58,759 nucleotides of DNA, from the NCBI GenBank assembly GCA_040398005.1, contig JBBAUX010000001.1, positions 104,631-163,389 of the forward strand, written 5' to 3'. This document shows, piece by piece, positions 27,793 to 39,326 of the stretch. The position numbers and the translations under genes were made by a program. This DNA is from Opitutales bacterium. GTDB taxonomy: Bacteria; Verrucomicrobiota; Verrucomicrobiia; Opitutales; UBA953. Within the stretch, counting starts at the first letter, position 1; every line of letters starts with the position of its first letter. The notes beneath the pieces are model-generated. The model saw only the letters and a program-made list of their open reading frames with translations. It was not told the origin of the DNA and made no database searches.

Positions 27793-28749
27793 TTACTTAT
27801 TGGCCAGACTTTGCGTTACGGCAGCACTGAGCTGATCAAACAAGGTATAGCGACGAGCATAGAGCGCCCGCTTGTTTGTCTTAATCTCTTCACGACTACG
27901 ACGAATCTCACGCAGTGGTAATTCAAACCAACCTTCTTCAACGGCTTTACCATCGGCCTCTTGCCACATTTGATCGTAGTTGAAAGATATTTTATTCCAA
28001 GGCACAGAAATCATATGCTTCCCGGAACTCATTTGAATGGAATTGCCGGCTCCCAGGAGTCGACTGACGCCCAGAGCGCTCACCACTTCTTGCAGAGCAA
28101 AGATGGCCATGGCCTTGGCGCGAACCCCATGCATGGCCTTCCAGGACGCTTTAATCGTATCCTCGTTGGCTCCTGCACCTCCTTGAATCGCCCCCGCATA
28201 GGCAGTCCATTGCCCGTTTACCTCCTCAACGGAAAAAGCAATGGAACATAACTCATCGCCAATCTTATCGCAGTGAACGCTTAACGTCCATTGTCCTTCG
28301 CGGCGGAAGCGATAGCTATTAGAAATCTTAAATTGAATATTACCGAGATCTTCGCCCAGAGGGACATCGGCGACGGTCAGTTTTTCCTCCATCTTAATTA
28401 CTAACGACTGAAGTAGTAGACCCTTCTTTAAATGGGCAAATCGCAGTGAATCCCTAAGCACTTTAAGTTTTTTGTCATTTCCCCACTGAGTTGAAACATA
28501 GCCACGTAGTGTTCGAAAACAAAGAAATGGGTTGGCTCCTAGAATAGCCCGATTTTGGGACTCCTGTAAAAAGCTCACCCAATCAACAAGGACATCCTTT
28601 TGTGCAAAAGCGCTCAAGGATGCACCGAGACTTTTCACCAACCGTGACCGCCAATTCCTCCCCTTATGTAACTCTTGAGTGAGTTTCCAAACATACGCAC
28701 CAGCACCCAACCGGGTTTGGGGAAGAGTTGGGAATGAGGGGTGCAACAT
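27793..28749 (-). CDS. VirK/YbjX (DUF535) family protein
   Basis: FRREGQWTL, GAIQGG, KAMHGVRAK, FNYDQMWQE, IKTNKRALYARRY; start uncertain (28749 or 28764). Confidence 0.85.
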   Translation of the reverse strand: MLHPSFPTLPQTRLGAGAYVWKLTQELHKGRNWRSRLVKSLGASLSAFAQKDVLVDWVSFLQESQNRAILGANPFLCFRTLRGYVSTQWGNDKKLKVLRDSLRFAHLKKGLLLQSLVIKMEEKLTVADVPLGEDLGNIQFKISNSYRFRREGQWTLSVHCDKIGDELCSIAFSVEEVNGQWTAYAGAIQGGAGANEDTIKASWKAMHGVRAKAMAIFALQEVVSALGVSRLLGAGNSIQMSSGKHMISVPWNKISFNYDQMWQEADGKAVEEGWFELPLREIRRSREEIKTNKRALYARRYTLFDQLSAAVTQSLANK

Positions 28750-28814
28750 AGCTAACTTGGACAAGTTGTAGCCAAGTTAACCTAAGGGCGATTAAAGAAT
28801 TAAACTACTTAGCT

Positions 28815-29885
28815 TCAAAGACCAGGCCGGCTATTCTGATCAGGCTTAATACCCTTGGCCTTGAAGAACTCGCTTAAAACTTCGGCGCGGGCATCGGCTA
28901 ACTGATTTTTTCTTACATCTTCCGTAGTCAGCATTTTTTGTCGCTCCGTCATGATGCGACGAAGCTGCATGAGTGCCCCTTGTTGTAGTTGTCGTACGCG
29001 TTCGCGTGTGAGTTTAAACTTTTCGCCGATTTCTTCCAGCGTGAGTGGGCTTTCGCCATTTAAACCGAAGCGAAGAGTGATGACTTCTGCCTCACGTGCT
29101 TCGAGTCTAGTCAGCATTTCATTAATCTCAGCGACGTCAGATTTACTACGAAGATTTTCAAAAGGAGAACTCGCATTTTCGTCTTTTACTAAATCACCTA
29201 AAGTTGAATCACCTTCTTCGCCCACTTCTTGGTCGAGCGATGCCGCCCGATTGGCGACGGACTTCATATGCACTACTTTGGAAATAGGTATCTCCATCGA
29301 TTGAGCGATTTCATCATCCGAAGGTTCGCGTTCTAATTCTTTAGCGAGTTGCGCAATCATACGACGCATCTGCGCAATGCGATCAACCATGTGGACGGGC
29401 AGTCGAATGGTTTTACCGTTGGAGGCGAGAGCACGCTTTATAGCCTGCTTAATCCACCATGAAGCGTAGGTGCTGAGCTTGCCTCCTTTATCGGGGTCGA
29501 AACGTTCAACGGCTTTGATGAGTCCGAAATTTCCTTCACTAATTAAATCCATTAAGGGCAGGCCAAAATCATCGTAATCACGGGCGATTCTTACCACTAA
29601 GCGTAAGTTCGACTGGATCATTTTTTGGCGCGCTGCTTCGTCTCCTTTGAGAACTTTTCGAGCCAGCGCCGTTTCTTCTTCTAAAGTGAGTAGCGGGGTT
29701 TTTCCGATTTGATCCAAGTAAGATCTAATCGGTGAGCGTTCATCGGGCGAAAGCTTTTCCCAGGCTTGTCCCGGCTCCGTGGGGTCATCATTAACCACAG
29801 CCGGAGGTAGTGACTGCACGATTTTTTTGGGCAGGTCATCTTTGGTCTCGGGAGCTTTCTTTTTATTAGACTTGGGTTTGGGCAT
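28815..29885 (-). CDS. Sigma-70 factor, RpoD/RpoS-like, lacking region 1.1
   Basis: YLDQIGKTPLLT, SNLRLVV, DLISEGNFGLIKAVERFDP, STYASWWIKQAI, TLEEIG...TRERVRQ. Confidence 0.93.
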   Translation of the reverse strand: MPKPKSNKKKAPETKDDLPKKIVQSLPPAVVNDDPTEPGQAWEKLSPDERSPIRSYLDQIGKTPLLTLEEETALARKVLKGDEAARQKMIQSNLRLVVRIARDYDDFGLPLMDLISEGNFGLIKAVERFDPDKGGKLSTYASWWIKQAIKRALASNGKTIRLPVHMVDRIAQMRRMIAQLAKELEREPSDDEIAQSMEIPISKVVHMKSVANRAASLDQEVGEEGDSTLGDLVKDENASSPFENLRSKSDVAEINEMLTRLEAREAEVITLRFGLNGESPLTLEEIGEKFKLTRERVRQLQQGALMQLRRIMTERQKMLTTEDVRKNQLADARAEVLSEFFKAKGIKPDQNSRPGL

Positions 29886-29891
29886 GATGCC

Positions 29892-31388
29892 TTAGGATTT
29901 TATTCCAGTGGCTAAACTGAGTGCACGAAGAACACCTTTAGACTTACTGATGGTTTCTTGATATTCGGAGGTCGCTACGGAGTCAGCAACAATACCTGCA
30001 CCGGCTTGAATACTTGCCGTGCCATTGCGTAATGAAGCGGTGCGAATGACGATACAGGAGTCGTGTCCGCCATCGAAACCGAAGTAGCCGACGGCTCCGC
30101 CGTAAACTCCGCGACGTTCACCTTCGAGTTCAGAAATAATCTGCATAGCTCGAATTTTGGGTGCACCCGAAAGTGTGCCAGCAGGGAAAGTGGCTTTAAA
30201 GAGATCGAACGCATCAAACTGAGGGGCCAAATCGCCTTCGACCTGCGAGACGATGTGCATGACGTGAGAGTAGCGTTCGATAATCGCGTAGTGGGGGACG
30301 GTGACACTTCCTGGAACACAAACGCGTCCTAGGTCATTGCGTGCTAAATCGACTAACATTAAGTGTTCGGATCGCTCTTTAGGGTCGGCCAGTAAATCAG
30401 CTTCGAGTTTACGATCGGCTGCTTCGTCGATACCGCGTGGACGAGTACCCGCAATGGGGCGAATTTCACAACGACGCTGGGTGAGGCGAACATTGACCTC
30501 AGGTGAGGCACCTACGACGTCGAAACCTAATCCTGTTTCGATCACAAACATGTAAGGTGAAGGATTTACATGTCTGAGTACGCGGTAGAGGTCTAGAGGT
30601 TCACCTTTGTATTCAATATCGGTTCTGCGTGATAGTACGACCTGTACGCAATCGCCGGCTTTGATGTATTCTTGGGCACGTTGGACGGCTTTTTCGAAGT
30701 CGGGTTGGCTGACATTGGATTTGCCGGTCGCAAAATCGTTGGAAGTCGGAAGTTCGGCTGCGGCAGCTGCGGAAGGTCCGGTGACGACTGACTTCAAAAC
30801 TTCCAACTCTTTTTTAGCCGCCGCATAAGCTTCATCCGCTTTGTCGGGTGAACTAATGCGTGCGTTGACGATTAAGCGAAGGGTTTGTCGGGCGTTGTCA
30901 AAAGCGATTAAGCGATCCACGAGCATAAAGTGGATTAAGGGCGTGCCAGCGGGATCTTTCTTAGCGCAGGGCACACTCGGCTCGATGCGATGAATGTATT
31001 CGTAACTCACCATTCCCACCATACCGCCGACGAAGGGAGGGAGGCCGGGAACTTTGGCGATACGAAGGTTGGCTACTTCTTTCTTAACTAAATCGAGCGG
31101 ATCTTTCGGAGTGGGGACAGTTTCTTTTTTACCTGCGCGGGTGACGATTTCAGTGCGGTCTTCAAAAGCCGTAATGGTGAGGGCTGGGTTGGCGCCACAA
31201 AAACTGTATCGACCGATGTGTTCGCCGCCGGTGACAGACTCAAAAAGAAAACTCGAACCCAGTTTTCTGAGGCGGGCGTAAACCGAAACGGGCGTTTCGA
31301 GGTCAGCCATTAAATCCAGACAGACGGGTATGATGTCAGCCGATTTTGCTAACTCACGAAAAGTGTTCTGGTCAGGCGTGATGCTCAC
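29892..31388 (-). CDS. trpE: Anthranilate synthase component I
   Basis: DLETPVS, NPSPYM, GASPE, PIAGTRPRG, EHLMLVDLARND, FPAGTLSGAPKIRAM. Confidence 0.95.
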   Translation of the reverse strand: MSITPDQNTFRELAKSADIIPVCLDLMADLETPVSVYARLRKLGSSFLFESVTGGEHIGRYSFCGANPALTITAFEDRTEIVTRAGKKETVPTPKDPLDLVKKEVANLRIAKVPGLPPFVGGMVGMVSYEYIHRIEPSVPCAKKDPAGTPLIHFMLVDRLIAFDNARQTLRLIVNARISSPDKADEAYAAAKKELEVLKSVVTGPSAAAAAELPTSNDFATGKSNVSQPDFEKAVQRAQEYIKAGDCVQVVLSRRTDIEYKGEPLDLYRVLRHVNPSPYMFVIETGLGFDVVGASPEVNVRLTQRRCEIRPIAGTRPRGIDEAADRKLEADLLADPKERSEHLMLVDLARNDLGRVCVPGSVTVPHYAIIERYSHVMHIVSQVEGDLAPQFDAFDLFKATFPAGTLSGAPKIRAMQIISELEGERRGVYGGAVGYFGFDGGHDSCIVIRTASLRNGTASIQAGAGIVADSVATSEYQETISKSKGVLRALSLATGIKS

Positions 31389-31476
31389 GATTTATCCTTC
31401 ATAGAGCAAAAGATACTCTTTGAAAACATTATACCGCCCCCCAGGATTGATAATCTAACTATAAGTAGATTTATAA

Positions 31477-32352
31477 TCAGGGATTAGACTGCCAGCGACC
31501 CCAAAGCGATAGAGGCAACAATCGCCCATTACCTTCTTGTTTGAGGACAAGTTCGCCAATATCGATTTTTCCGCCTAATCCCTGTGTGCATTCCTCGATG
31601 AGATTATGACACAAAATAGAGGAAGCATCGATGGTGTAAACGGTCAGAATAATAAATTTCGCCTGCGGAGATAAAAGTTCACGACACGAGCGAAGGAGGG
31701 GAGCTAAATCGCGTTCAACTTTCCAAAACTCTCCGGTGGGTCCGCGTCCAAAGGCAGGGGGATCCATTAAAATCGCTTCGTATTGATTACCGCGTTTGAT
31801 TTCACGTTTCACGAACGTCGGAGCGTCTTCAATAATCCAACGAATCGGTTCTTCGTTCATATTCGAAGCCTCTTGATTTCTTCGCCCCCACGCTACGGCA
31901 GGTTTCGAAGCATCGACATGGGTTACGCTCCAACCCGCCTGCGCGGCGATTAAGGAAGCTGCTCCCGTGTAACCAAATAAATTCAACAAACGTGGACGTG
32001 AATTACTGGTGGATTTTTGTTCGGCCAACCATTCCCAGTGGGGAGACTGTTCCGCAAAAACTCCGAACTGCTTGGAGTTATCCATGAATCGCAGTTGCAG
32101 TTTTATTTTACCAAATTGGGTTTCCCAATCGCGCGGACAGTTACCATTTAATTTCCAATGTCCTTCGCGGCCACCTTCTTCGTGAATCGCGACGGCTTTA
32201 GACCACTCAGCTTTAGGCAATGACTGTTTCCACCACGCTTTGGGCTCGCTGCGGATCATCCGGACACCGCCGATTTCCTCGAGTTTCAAGCCATCGCCTG
32301 AATCGAGTAGTCGGTGACCTTCCCATTGGCTGGTGAGAACATTGATATCCAC
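31477..32352 (-). CDS. Class I SAM-dependent methyltransferase (RlmI/RlmK-like)
   Basis: LLDSGDGLKLE, LLNLFGYTG, HVDAS, DPPAFGRGP; GTG 32352 taken as start. Confidence 0.88.
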   Translation of the reverse strand: MDINVLTSQWEGHRLLDSGDGLKLEEIGGVRMIRSEPKAWWKQSLPKAEWSKAVAIHEEGGREGHWKLNGNCPRDWETQFGKIKLQLRFMDNSKQFGVFAEQSPHWEWLAEQKSTSNSRPRLLNLFGYTGAASLIAAQAGWSVTHVDASKPAVAWGRRNQEASNMNEEPIRWIIEDAPTFVKREIKRGNQYEAILMDPPAFGRGPTGEFWKVERDLAPLLRSCRELLSPQAKFIILTVYTIDASSILCHNLIEECTQGLGGKIDIGELVLKQEGNGRLLPLSLWGRWQSNP

Positions 32353-32435
32353 GGCGTTACTGTGAGCAAAACTCCGCACGGTGGAAAGCCCGCTTTTGCT
32401 CGCCAACGAAATCTTTTTTTGACATCAGTTTGGTA

Positions 32436-34811
32436 ATGTATCGTCTGTTAGCCAGCGCGCGATGGGAGACAAAGGCCTCGGGCTTGATTGCCTTATCGCA
32501 CGATTGGGTGGAGTCGGCTTTACCTAAATTAGAACTCAATCCCCCCGCTAAAATAAGTCTGCTGGAGCGTGCCGATGCCCAAACTTGGGCCACCCGTTCG
32601 GGGCACTGGATCGAGAATGGCCGCGTTCATTTCTTCGTGTGGAAACTCTTATGTCCTGACGTACGAGAGAACTCACTCTTAGTTTGCGGACCATTCAACG
32701 AGTGGGGTGCACTCAAAGATATGAGTGCTTGGTCTCTCCACGCAGTCTGTCTCTTAGGGGTCGAAGGTTATGAATTAAGCGTGCCGATTAAAGAGGTGAT
32801 GGGGGATGAAACAATCATGCCCTTTAAATTTTATCGCGGCGACGGACATTGGTTGGAGCCCCCGCACGACGCTGATAATATTGAGAGAGATCAATACGGT
32901 AATCGCAATTTACAGCTGAGCTTAGACCGAACGAATTTACACGTCTTTCGTTTTCGCGCCGTCGATGCCGATCCGACCACTCGACCCCTTCGTGTGCTCT
33001 ATGAATTCAACGATCGGGTTGAATTTTGCGAAATCTTAGCTTCGGATCCACTCGATGTTTTAGAACCGCCCGGTCCCTTTGGTGCAACGATTTCAGGTGG
33101 AAAAACCACTTTCCGGGTTTTTGCGCCACGCGCTCACGCGGTCTCTGTTGGCTATACGATTTCCTCGTCTCAATTAAAATCCCCACAAACCGCTCGCTGT
33201 GAATTAAAGCCTGAAGGGCAGGGTGCTTGGGTGGGTGAAGTGGATGCTGATCTTTCCAACTGTGCTTATTTATTAAACGTTGATGGACGGACGATGGCGG
33301 ATCCGTGGGCTCGAAAAATGGCCCATGTTCATCCTTCACCTCCCGTTTCTTTGGTCACACCGAGAGATGAACTCGTAGCTCTGAATGATGGATTTAAAAC
33401 ACCTGCCGTTGAAGATTGCGTGATTTTGGAAGTTCACTTGAAGGATTTATTTGGACTGATTGGATCTTCTAAAAAACCTAATTTTAAAAACGCTGCGGAA
33501 TGGATTAGGCAAAATGGTGATTATTTTAAATCGCTCGGGGTCAACGCCGTCGAACTCTTGCCCTGTACCGAGTATGAGCGCGGAGAGGTAACGGAGTACC
33601 AATGGGGCTACATGCCGATTTCAGCTTTTGCCCCAGCGACTGCTTATTCCTCTGACGACACCGGAATTAATACGATTACCGAGTTCCAAGATTTAGTTCG
33701 TGCCTTTCACGAGGCGGGTATCGCGGTGATTATGGATTTGGTCCTTAACCATTTTGGTAGTCCGAATAGTTTACTACAAATCGATCAATCGTATTATTTC
33801 CGCACAGACGCTCATGGAAAGCTCTCTAACTGGAGTGGATGTGGTAATGATGTCCGTGCCGAAGCACCGATGTTTGGACGATTAGTTTTAAGCAGTCTCC
33901 AACATTGGACGGCTGTGTTGGGCGTCGACGGAGTGCGTTTAGATTTAGCCGAATTATTAGGCACTCCGCTCTTACAGGAGATTGAAGACGAATTTAGAAT
34001 TAATCATCCGGAGAAAATTTTAATCGCCGAGCCCTGGAGTTTTCGGGGTCACCTTGCTCGAGATTTAGACCATACGACATGGACCTGTTGGGATGATGCG
34101 TTTCGCGAGTTTTTACCGGGGTATGTCCGAGGCCACGCCCAGTCCTCAGATTTATTGCATCAAATCGCTGCTTGTGATTTTCGTCCGTCCGCCCGTTTGC
34201 GTTACGCGCAGTCGCACGATGACATGGCGTGGATTGATCGCATTACCGAATGTCCTAAATCGGATGCGCTTAATCCCTTGCCGGCGGATATCTTGCGTAC
34301 CCGCATGATGCACTTGATTTTACTGACTTCCGCGGGCGTGCCGATGCTTTCGGCGGGCCAAGATTTTTTATTATCCAAACGGGGCGTCTCCAACACCTGG
34401 CAGCGTGCTGACTTAAATTCTCTCGATGCACGAAGACTAAAACGTTTTCACTCCGAGCATGAATGGGTTGCCCAATTGATAAAATTTAGACTCTCATCCG
34501 CGGGCGCGGTACTGCGTCCGCGTGAAGCCGTGTCGCCGGGCTGGATGAAGGTGACCCAGCTCGACAGCGAAGAAAGTTTTGTCGCTGTGTTGAATGCGGA
34601 TGGTTTATTGGGTCCCGTGAAGGTAATGATCGCGTGTAACCCGCATCCATTTGAAGTTCAGCTCGCCCTGCCGATGGAATTTCACTGGTGGCCTGTTGTC
34701 GTTTCGCCCCATCTTGATTGCAAATTAGCCCCTGGCCCGATGCCAAAAATTGACCACGGGGTGCTGACATTACCTCCTTTGGGCTGTGGGCTTTGGGTTG
34801 TAGGGGCTTAA
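32436..34811 (+). CDS. GH13 pullulanase/glycogen-debranching-like alpha-amylase family protein
   Basis: FRVFAPRA, VELLP, YQWGYMP, MDLVLNH, GVRLDLAEL, IAEPW, SHDD. Confidence 0.85.
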   Translation: MYRLLASARWETKASGLIALSHDWVESALPKLELNPPAKISLLERADAQTWATRSGHWIENGRVHFFVWKLLCPDVRENSLLVCGPFNEWGALKDMSAWSLHAVCLLGVEGYELSVPIKEVMGDETIMPFKFYRGDGHWLEPPHDADNIERDQYGNRNLQLSLDRTNLHVFRFRAVDADPTTRPLRVLYEFNDRVEFCEILASDPLDVLEPPGPFGATISGGKTTFRVFAPRAHAVSVGYTISSSQLKSPQTARCELKPEGQGAWVGEVDADLSNCAYLLNVDGRTMADPWARKMAHVHPSPPVSLVTPRDELVALNDGFKTPAVEDCVILEVHLKDLFGLIGSSKKPNFKNAAEWIRQNGDYFKSLGVNAVELLPCTEYERGEVTEYQWGYMPISAFAPATAYSSDDTGINTITEFQDLVRAFHEAGIAVIMDLVLNHFGSPNSLLQIDQSYYFRTDAHGKLSNWSGCGNDVRAEAPMFGRLVLSSLQHWTAVLGVDGVRLDLAELLGTPLLQEIEDEFRINHPEKILIAEPWSFRGHLARDLDHTTWTCWDDAFREFLPGYVRGHAQSSDLLHQIAACDFRPSARLRYAQSHDDMAWIDRITECPKSDALNPLPADILRTRMMHLILLTSAGVPMLSAGQDFLLSKRGVSNTWQRADLNSLDARRLKRFHSEHEWVAQLIKFRLSSAGAVLRPREAVSPGWMKVTQLDSEESFVAVLNADGLLGPVKVMIACNPHPFEVQLALPMEFHWWPVVVSPHLDCKLAPGPMPKIDHGVLTLPPLGCGLWVVGA

Positions 34812-34833
34812 TGTGTGTTCTCGCTTGCCATAA

Positions 34834-35922
<1,089 letters not shown>

Positions 35923-35944
35923 GTTTTAAGTCGAAACTGACTAC

Positions 35945-35980
35945 GACAGGCGATCCGAGTGGGTCGCCTGTCTTGTTTTT
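35945..35980 (+). terminator. Intra-operon hairpin/terminator after gap
   Basis: gacaggcgatcc-gagt-gggtcgcctgtc followed by ttgttttt. Confidence 0.7.
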
Positions 35981-36075
35981 GGCTTAAAACAGGTCCCGCG
36001 ACGATACTTTGGCATTCGTGGTGCTTTAATCTTCCCACCGCTCCAAGAAATCTTTTCTCTCCTCCCTTTACCACC

Positions 36076-37320
36076 ATGTCCGCACCCTCCCTTAAATCAC
36101 TTGGTTCTATCTCAGGTCTTCGCGCCCTCGTCCGCGTCGACTTCAATGTCCCTCAAGACAAGAAGACCGGAGTCATTACCAATACCCAACGTATTGCGGC
36201 CGCACTTCCTACCATCCGTTTCTTACTCGAAGGCGGTGCCTCTTGCGTGTTGATGTCACACCTCGGCCGTCCCGATGGTAAAGTGGTCGAGAAATTTTCT
36301 CTACGTCCCATCGCTGTGGAATTAGAAAAACTTTTAGGTAAACCGGTTAAATTTATTTCGAGCTGTGTCGGTGCGGAAGCTGAAGCCGCTGCAAAATCTT
36401 TAAAGCCTGGTGAAGTTTTACTTTTAGAAAACTTACGCTTCCACATCGAAGAAGAAGGAAAAGTGAAACTCGAAGATGGTACGAGCATGAAGGCCGACCC
36501 AGCTAAAGTAGCCGATTTTAGGGCCTCATTATCACGTTTAGGTGATATCTATGTAAACGATGCTTTCGGTACCGCCCACCGCGCTCACTCCTCGATGGTC
36601 GGTGTCAACTTACCACGCAAAGCCGCCGGCTTCCTCCTCGAAGCAGAGCTCAAAGCTTTCGATACCGTACTGAATAATCCTAAGCGTCCGTTGTTGGCGA
36701 TTTTAGGCGGTGCCAAAATTGCTGATAAGATTCCTCTTATCCGTAACCTCATCGAGAAGGCTGACGAAATTATTATCGGTGGTGGTATGGCTTTTACCTT
36801 CCGCAAGGTTTGCGACGGTATGGAAATTGGTAAATCGCTCTTCGATCCTGAAGGTGCCAAAATCGTCGCTGAACTTTTAGAAAAAGCGAAAGCACGTGGC
36901 GTCAAAGTTACCTTGCCGGTCGACTTCACTTGCGGCGATAAATTCTCACCCGATGCTAATAGGCAACATGCTACCATGGCTGGCGGTATCGCTGCCGAGT
37001 GGGAGGGTATGGATGGAGGCCCCGAATCTATTAAGCTTTATGAGGCTGCGATTGGCCGTGCGGGTACTATTATTTGGAACGGTCCTTGTGGCGTTTTCGA
37101 ATTCGAAAAATTCGCCGTCGGCACCAAGGCCATGGCTCATGCGGTTGCCAAAGCGACTGAACGCGGTGCGATCACGATTGTCGGCGGTGGCGATACGGCT
37201 ACAGCTGCTAAGAAATTTGGTGTCGATACCAAGGTGTCGCACTGTTCAACCGGTGGTGGCGCTTCCTTAGAATATCTGGAAGGTAAAGTTCTTCCCGGTG
37301 TCGCTGCACTCTCTGCTTAA
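36076..37320 (+). CDS. pgk: Phosphoglycerate kinase
   Basis: [49 protein letters not shown] 36076. Confidence 0.98.
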   Translation: MSAPSLKSLGSISGLRALVRVDFNVPQDKKTGVITNTQRIAAALPTIRFLLEGGASCVLMSHLGRPDGKVVEKFSLRPIAVELEKLLGKPVKFISSCVGAEAEAAAKSLKPGEVLLLENLRFHIEEEGKVKLEDGTSMKADPAKVADFRASLSRLGDIYVNDAFGTAHRAHSSMVGVNLPRKAAGFLLEAELKAFDTVLNNPKRPLLAILGGAKIADKIPLIRNLIEKADEIIIGGGMAFTFRKVCDGMEIGKSLFDPEGAKIVAELLEKAKARGVKVTLPVDFTCGDKFSPDANRQHATMAGGIAAEWEGMDGGPESIKLYEAAIGRAGTIIWNGPCGVFEFEKFAVGTKAMAHAVAKATERGAITIVGGGDTATAAKKFGVDTKVSHCSTGGGASLEYLEGKVLPGVAALSA

Positions 37321-37331
37321 TTTTTAATCTC

Positions 37332-38111
37332 ATGTCTAAACGTACTCCTCTCATTGCTGGTAACTGGAAAATGAACAAGACCGCCACCGAAGGCGTGGAA
37401 CTTGTGAAAGAAATTTCTGCCGCTTCGGTTGGCTCACAAGCCTCCGTTAACGTTGTGCTCTGTCCGCCCTTCACCGCACTCTCTGCGGTGGGTCATGCAA
37501 TCGAAGGATCGTTGATTGCTCTCGGTGCTCAAAATATTCATGATAAAGTAAACGGTGCTTTCACCGGAGAAATTTCTGCCTCCATGCTTCGCGACCTGCA
37601 CGTTACCCATGTGATTATTGGTCATAGTGAGCGTCGTAGTATTTTTGGTGAAGATGATGCATTTGCTAATCGCAAGGTCTTGGCTGCTTTGTCTGCGACT
37701 TTAAAACCTATTTTATGCGTCGGGGAATTACTCGCGGAACGTGAAGCGAATCAAACCATGGAAGTGGTACGTCGTCAGCTCGAAGCGGGCTTAGCCGGAG
37801 TTCCTGCCGCGAAAGCGGAGAGCGTGATTATCGCTTACGAACCCGTGTGGGCCATTGGAACTGGCAAGACTGCTACTCCGGCGATGGCTCAAGAAGTTCA
37901 CGCGTTCATTCGCAAACTTCTCGCTCAACAATTTGGAGCCGACACCGCTGCGCGTATTTTAATTCTCTACGGCGGATCAATGAAGCCCGATAACGCAGAC
38001 GCTTTATTGGCCGAACAAGATATTGATGGCGGATTAATCGGTGGCGCGGCCCTCGATGCTAAAAGCTTTACCGAGCTGGTGCGCATCGCAGCCAAGTCTT
38101 TAAGCCGATAA
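37332..38111 (+). CDS. tpiA: Triosephosphate isomerase
   Basis: IAGNWKMN, GHSERR, AYEPVWAIGTG, YGGS, GGLIGGA. Confidence 0.98.
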   Translation: MSKRTPLIAGNWKMNKTATEGVELVKEISAASVGSQASVNVVLCPPFTALSAVGHAIEGSLIALGAQNIHDKVNGAFTGEISASMLRDLHVTHVIIGHSERRSIFGEDDAFANRKVLAALSATLKPILCVGELLAEREANQTMEVVRRQLEAGLAGVPAAKAESVIIAYEPVWAIGTGKTATPAMAQEVHAFIRKLLAQQFGADTAARILILYGGSMKPDNADALLAEQDIDGGLIGGAALDAKSFTELVRIAAKSLSR

Positions 38112-38129
38112 ATCATCAATTTTAGACCT

Positions 38130-38169
38130 AGAGACGATTAGCCCGACAAGGGGTTAATCGTCTCTTTTT
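38130..38169 (+). terminator. Rho-independent terminator
   Basis: agagacgattagccc...gggttaatcgtctcttttt. Confidence 0.85.
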
Positions 38170-38210
38170 CTAATACTATTTATGGACCAACCCGGCCCTT
38201 GTTTGGAATT

Positions 38211-38243
38211 TTTTACGAAAATTTTACAAAACATTTACCACAA
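38211..38243. promoter_or_regulatory. Three 11-bp-period TTTAC direct repeats upstream of the act operon
   Basis: ttttacgaaaa / ttttacaaaac / atttaccacaa. Confidence 0.4.
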
Positions 38244-38397
38244 ACTGCTGAACATGAACATCTTACCAACTTATTCTTGGTCAATTTACAGGTTATCAAC
38301 AGGGTACTGACAGCTGTTTGACTAAAATTACCCTCGAAATCACTGAAAATTTCGGTTGCGAAGGGGGGTAGGTTTTGTGGCTCTATAGAACTTATTC

Positions 38398-38592
38398 ATG
38401 AGTAAGCAAAGCACCTCCAGGCAAAGTTTCCTGATCAAAGCTGGCACGACCGTCGCCTCTGTTTTGTCTCTCGGTTTTTTGTCTAAAGCAACGAGCTCAA
38501 ATTCTGTCTCTGCTCAGAAAACCGTCACCCTGTCTTCTGCTTTTTCTGCCCAACCCGAAGCCCGCGCGATAGCGCGAAATACTTCACGTTAA
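38398..38592 (+). CDS. Small protein with a Tat-like N-terminus leading the act operon
   Basis: 64 aa; SRQSFL followed by a hydrophobic stretch; 18 bp before actA. Confidence 0.6.
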   Translation: MSKQSTSRQSFLIKAGTTVASVLSLGFLSKATSSNSVSAQKTVTLSSAFSAQPEARAIARNTSR

Positions 38593-38610
38593 TTTTATCT
38601 TTCGCTCCCG

Positions 38611-39312
38611 ATGCGTAAACTTCTTGAATTTCTTAATCGACCCTCCACCCGCGGTAATTTCTTCCGCCGTTCGATTAACAATTTACCCTTTCAAATCCTA
38701 GTCTGTTTATTGGCAACGGGTGCCGTGGTCGTTGCGGCAATCAATGAATACGCCACGAATAAGTATTTGAATGTCGGTTACACGCCTGATCAACCGGTAG
38801 CTTTCAATCACTCCTTCCACGCCGGGCCTGATTCCGTTCTCGGTCTCGACTGTCGTTACTGCCACAATTTTGTTGATCGTTCGAGTCACTCCAACGTGCC
38901 TACCTCCAATACCTGTTGGAACTGCCACAGCCAAGTTAAGTCGGACAGTCCTGCCTTAGCGTTAATTCGTCGCAGCGTCGAAACGGGTGAAGCTGTTCGC
39001 TGGGTTAAAGTTCACAAGGCTCCCGATTACGTTTATTTCAATCACGCGGTGCACATTAATCGCGGCGTCAGTTGCGTGGAATGTCACGGTCGCGTTGATC
39101 AACAAGTCGTGGTCGGTCAGCAAAAATCTTTGAACATGAGTTTCTGTTTAGATTGTCACCGCAATCCCGAAAAATACCTCCGTCCGCTCGATAAAGTTAC
39201 CGATTTATCCTGGAAAGCTGAATCGCCTGAAGCGCAAGCCGCTCAGGGAACCAAGTTCGTTCACGACTGGAAGGTTAACCCACCCCAAAGCTGTTCTGGC
39301 TGCCACCGCTAA
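38611..39312 (+). CDS. actA: Alternative complex III pentaheme cytochrome c
   Basis: TM anchor; five CxxCH (CRYCH, CWNCH, CVECH, CLDCH, CSGCH); PDYVYFNH. Confidence 0.93.
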   Translation: MRKLLEFLNRPSTRGNFFRRSINNLPFQILVCLLATGAVVVAAINEYATNKYLNVGYTPDQPVAFNHSFHAGPDSVLGLDCRYCHNFVDRSSHSNVPTSNTCWNCHSQVKSDSPALALIRRSVETGEAVRWVKVHKAPDYVYFNHAVHINRGVSCVECHGRVDQQVVVGQQKSLNMSFCLDCHRNPEKYLRPLDKVTDLSWKAESPEAQAAQGTKFVHDWKVNPPQSCSGCHR

Positions 39313-39326
39313 AATAAAATTTCTCA

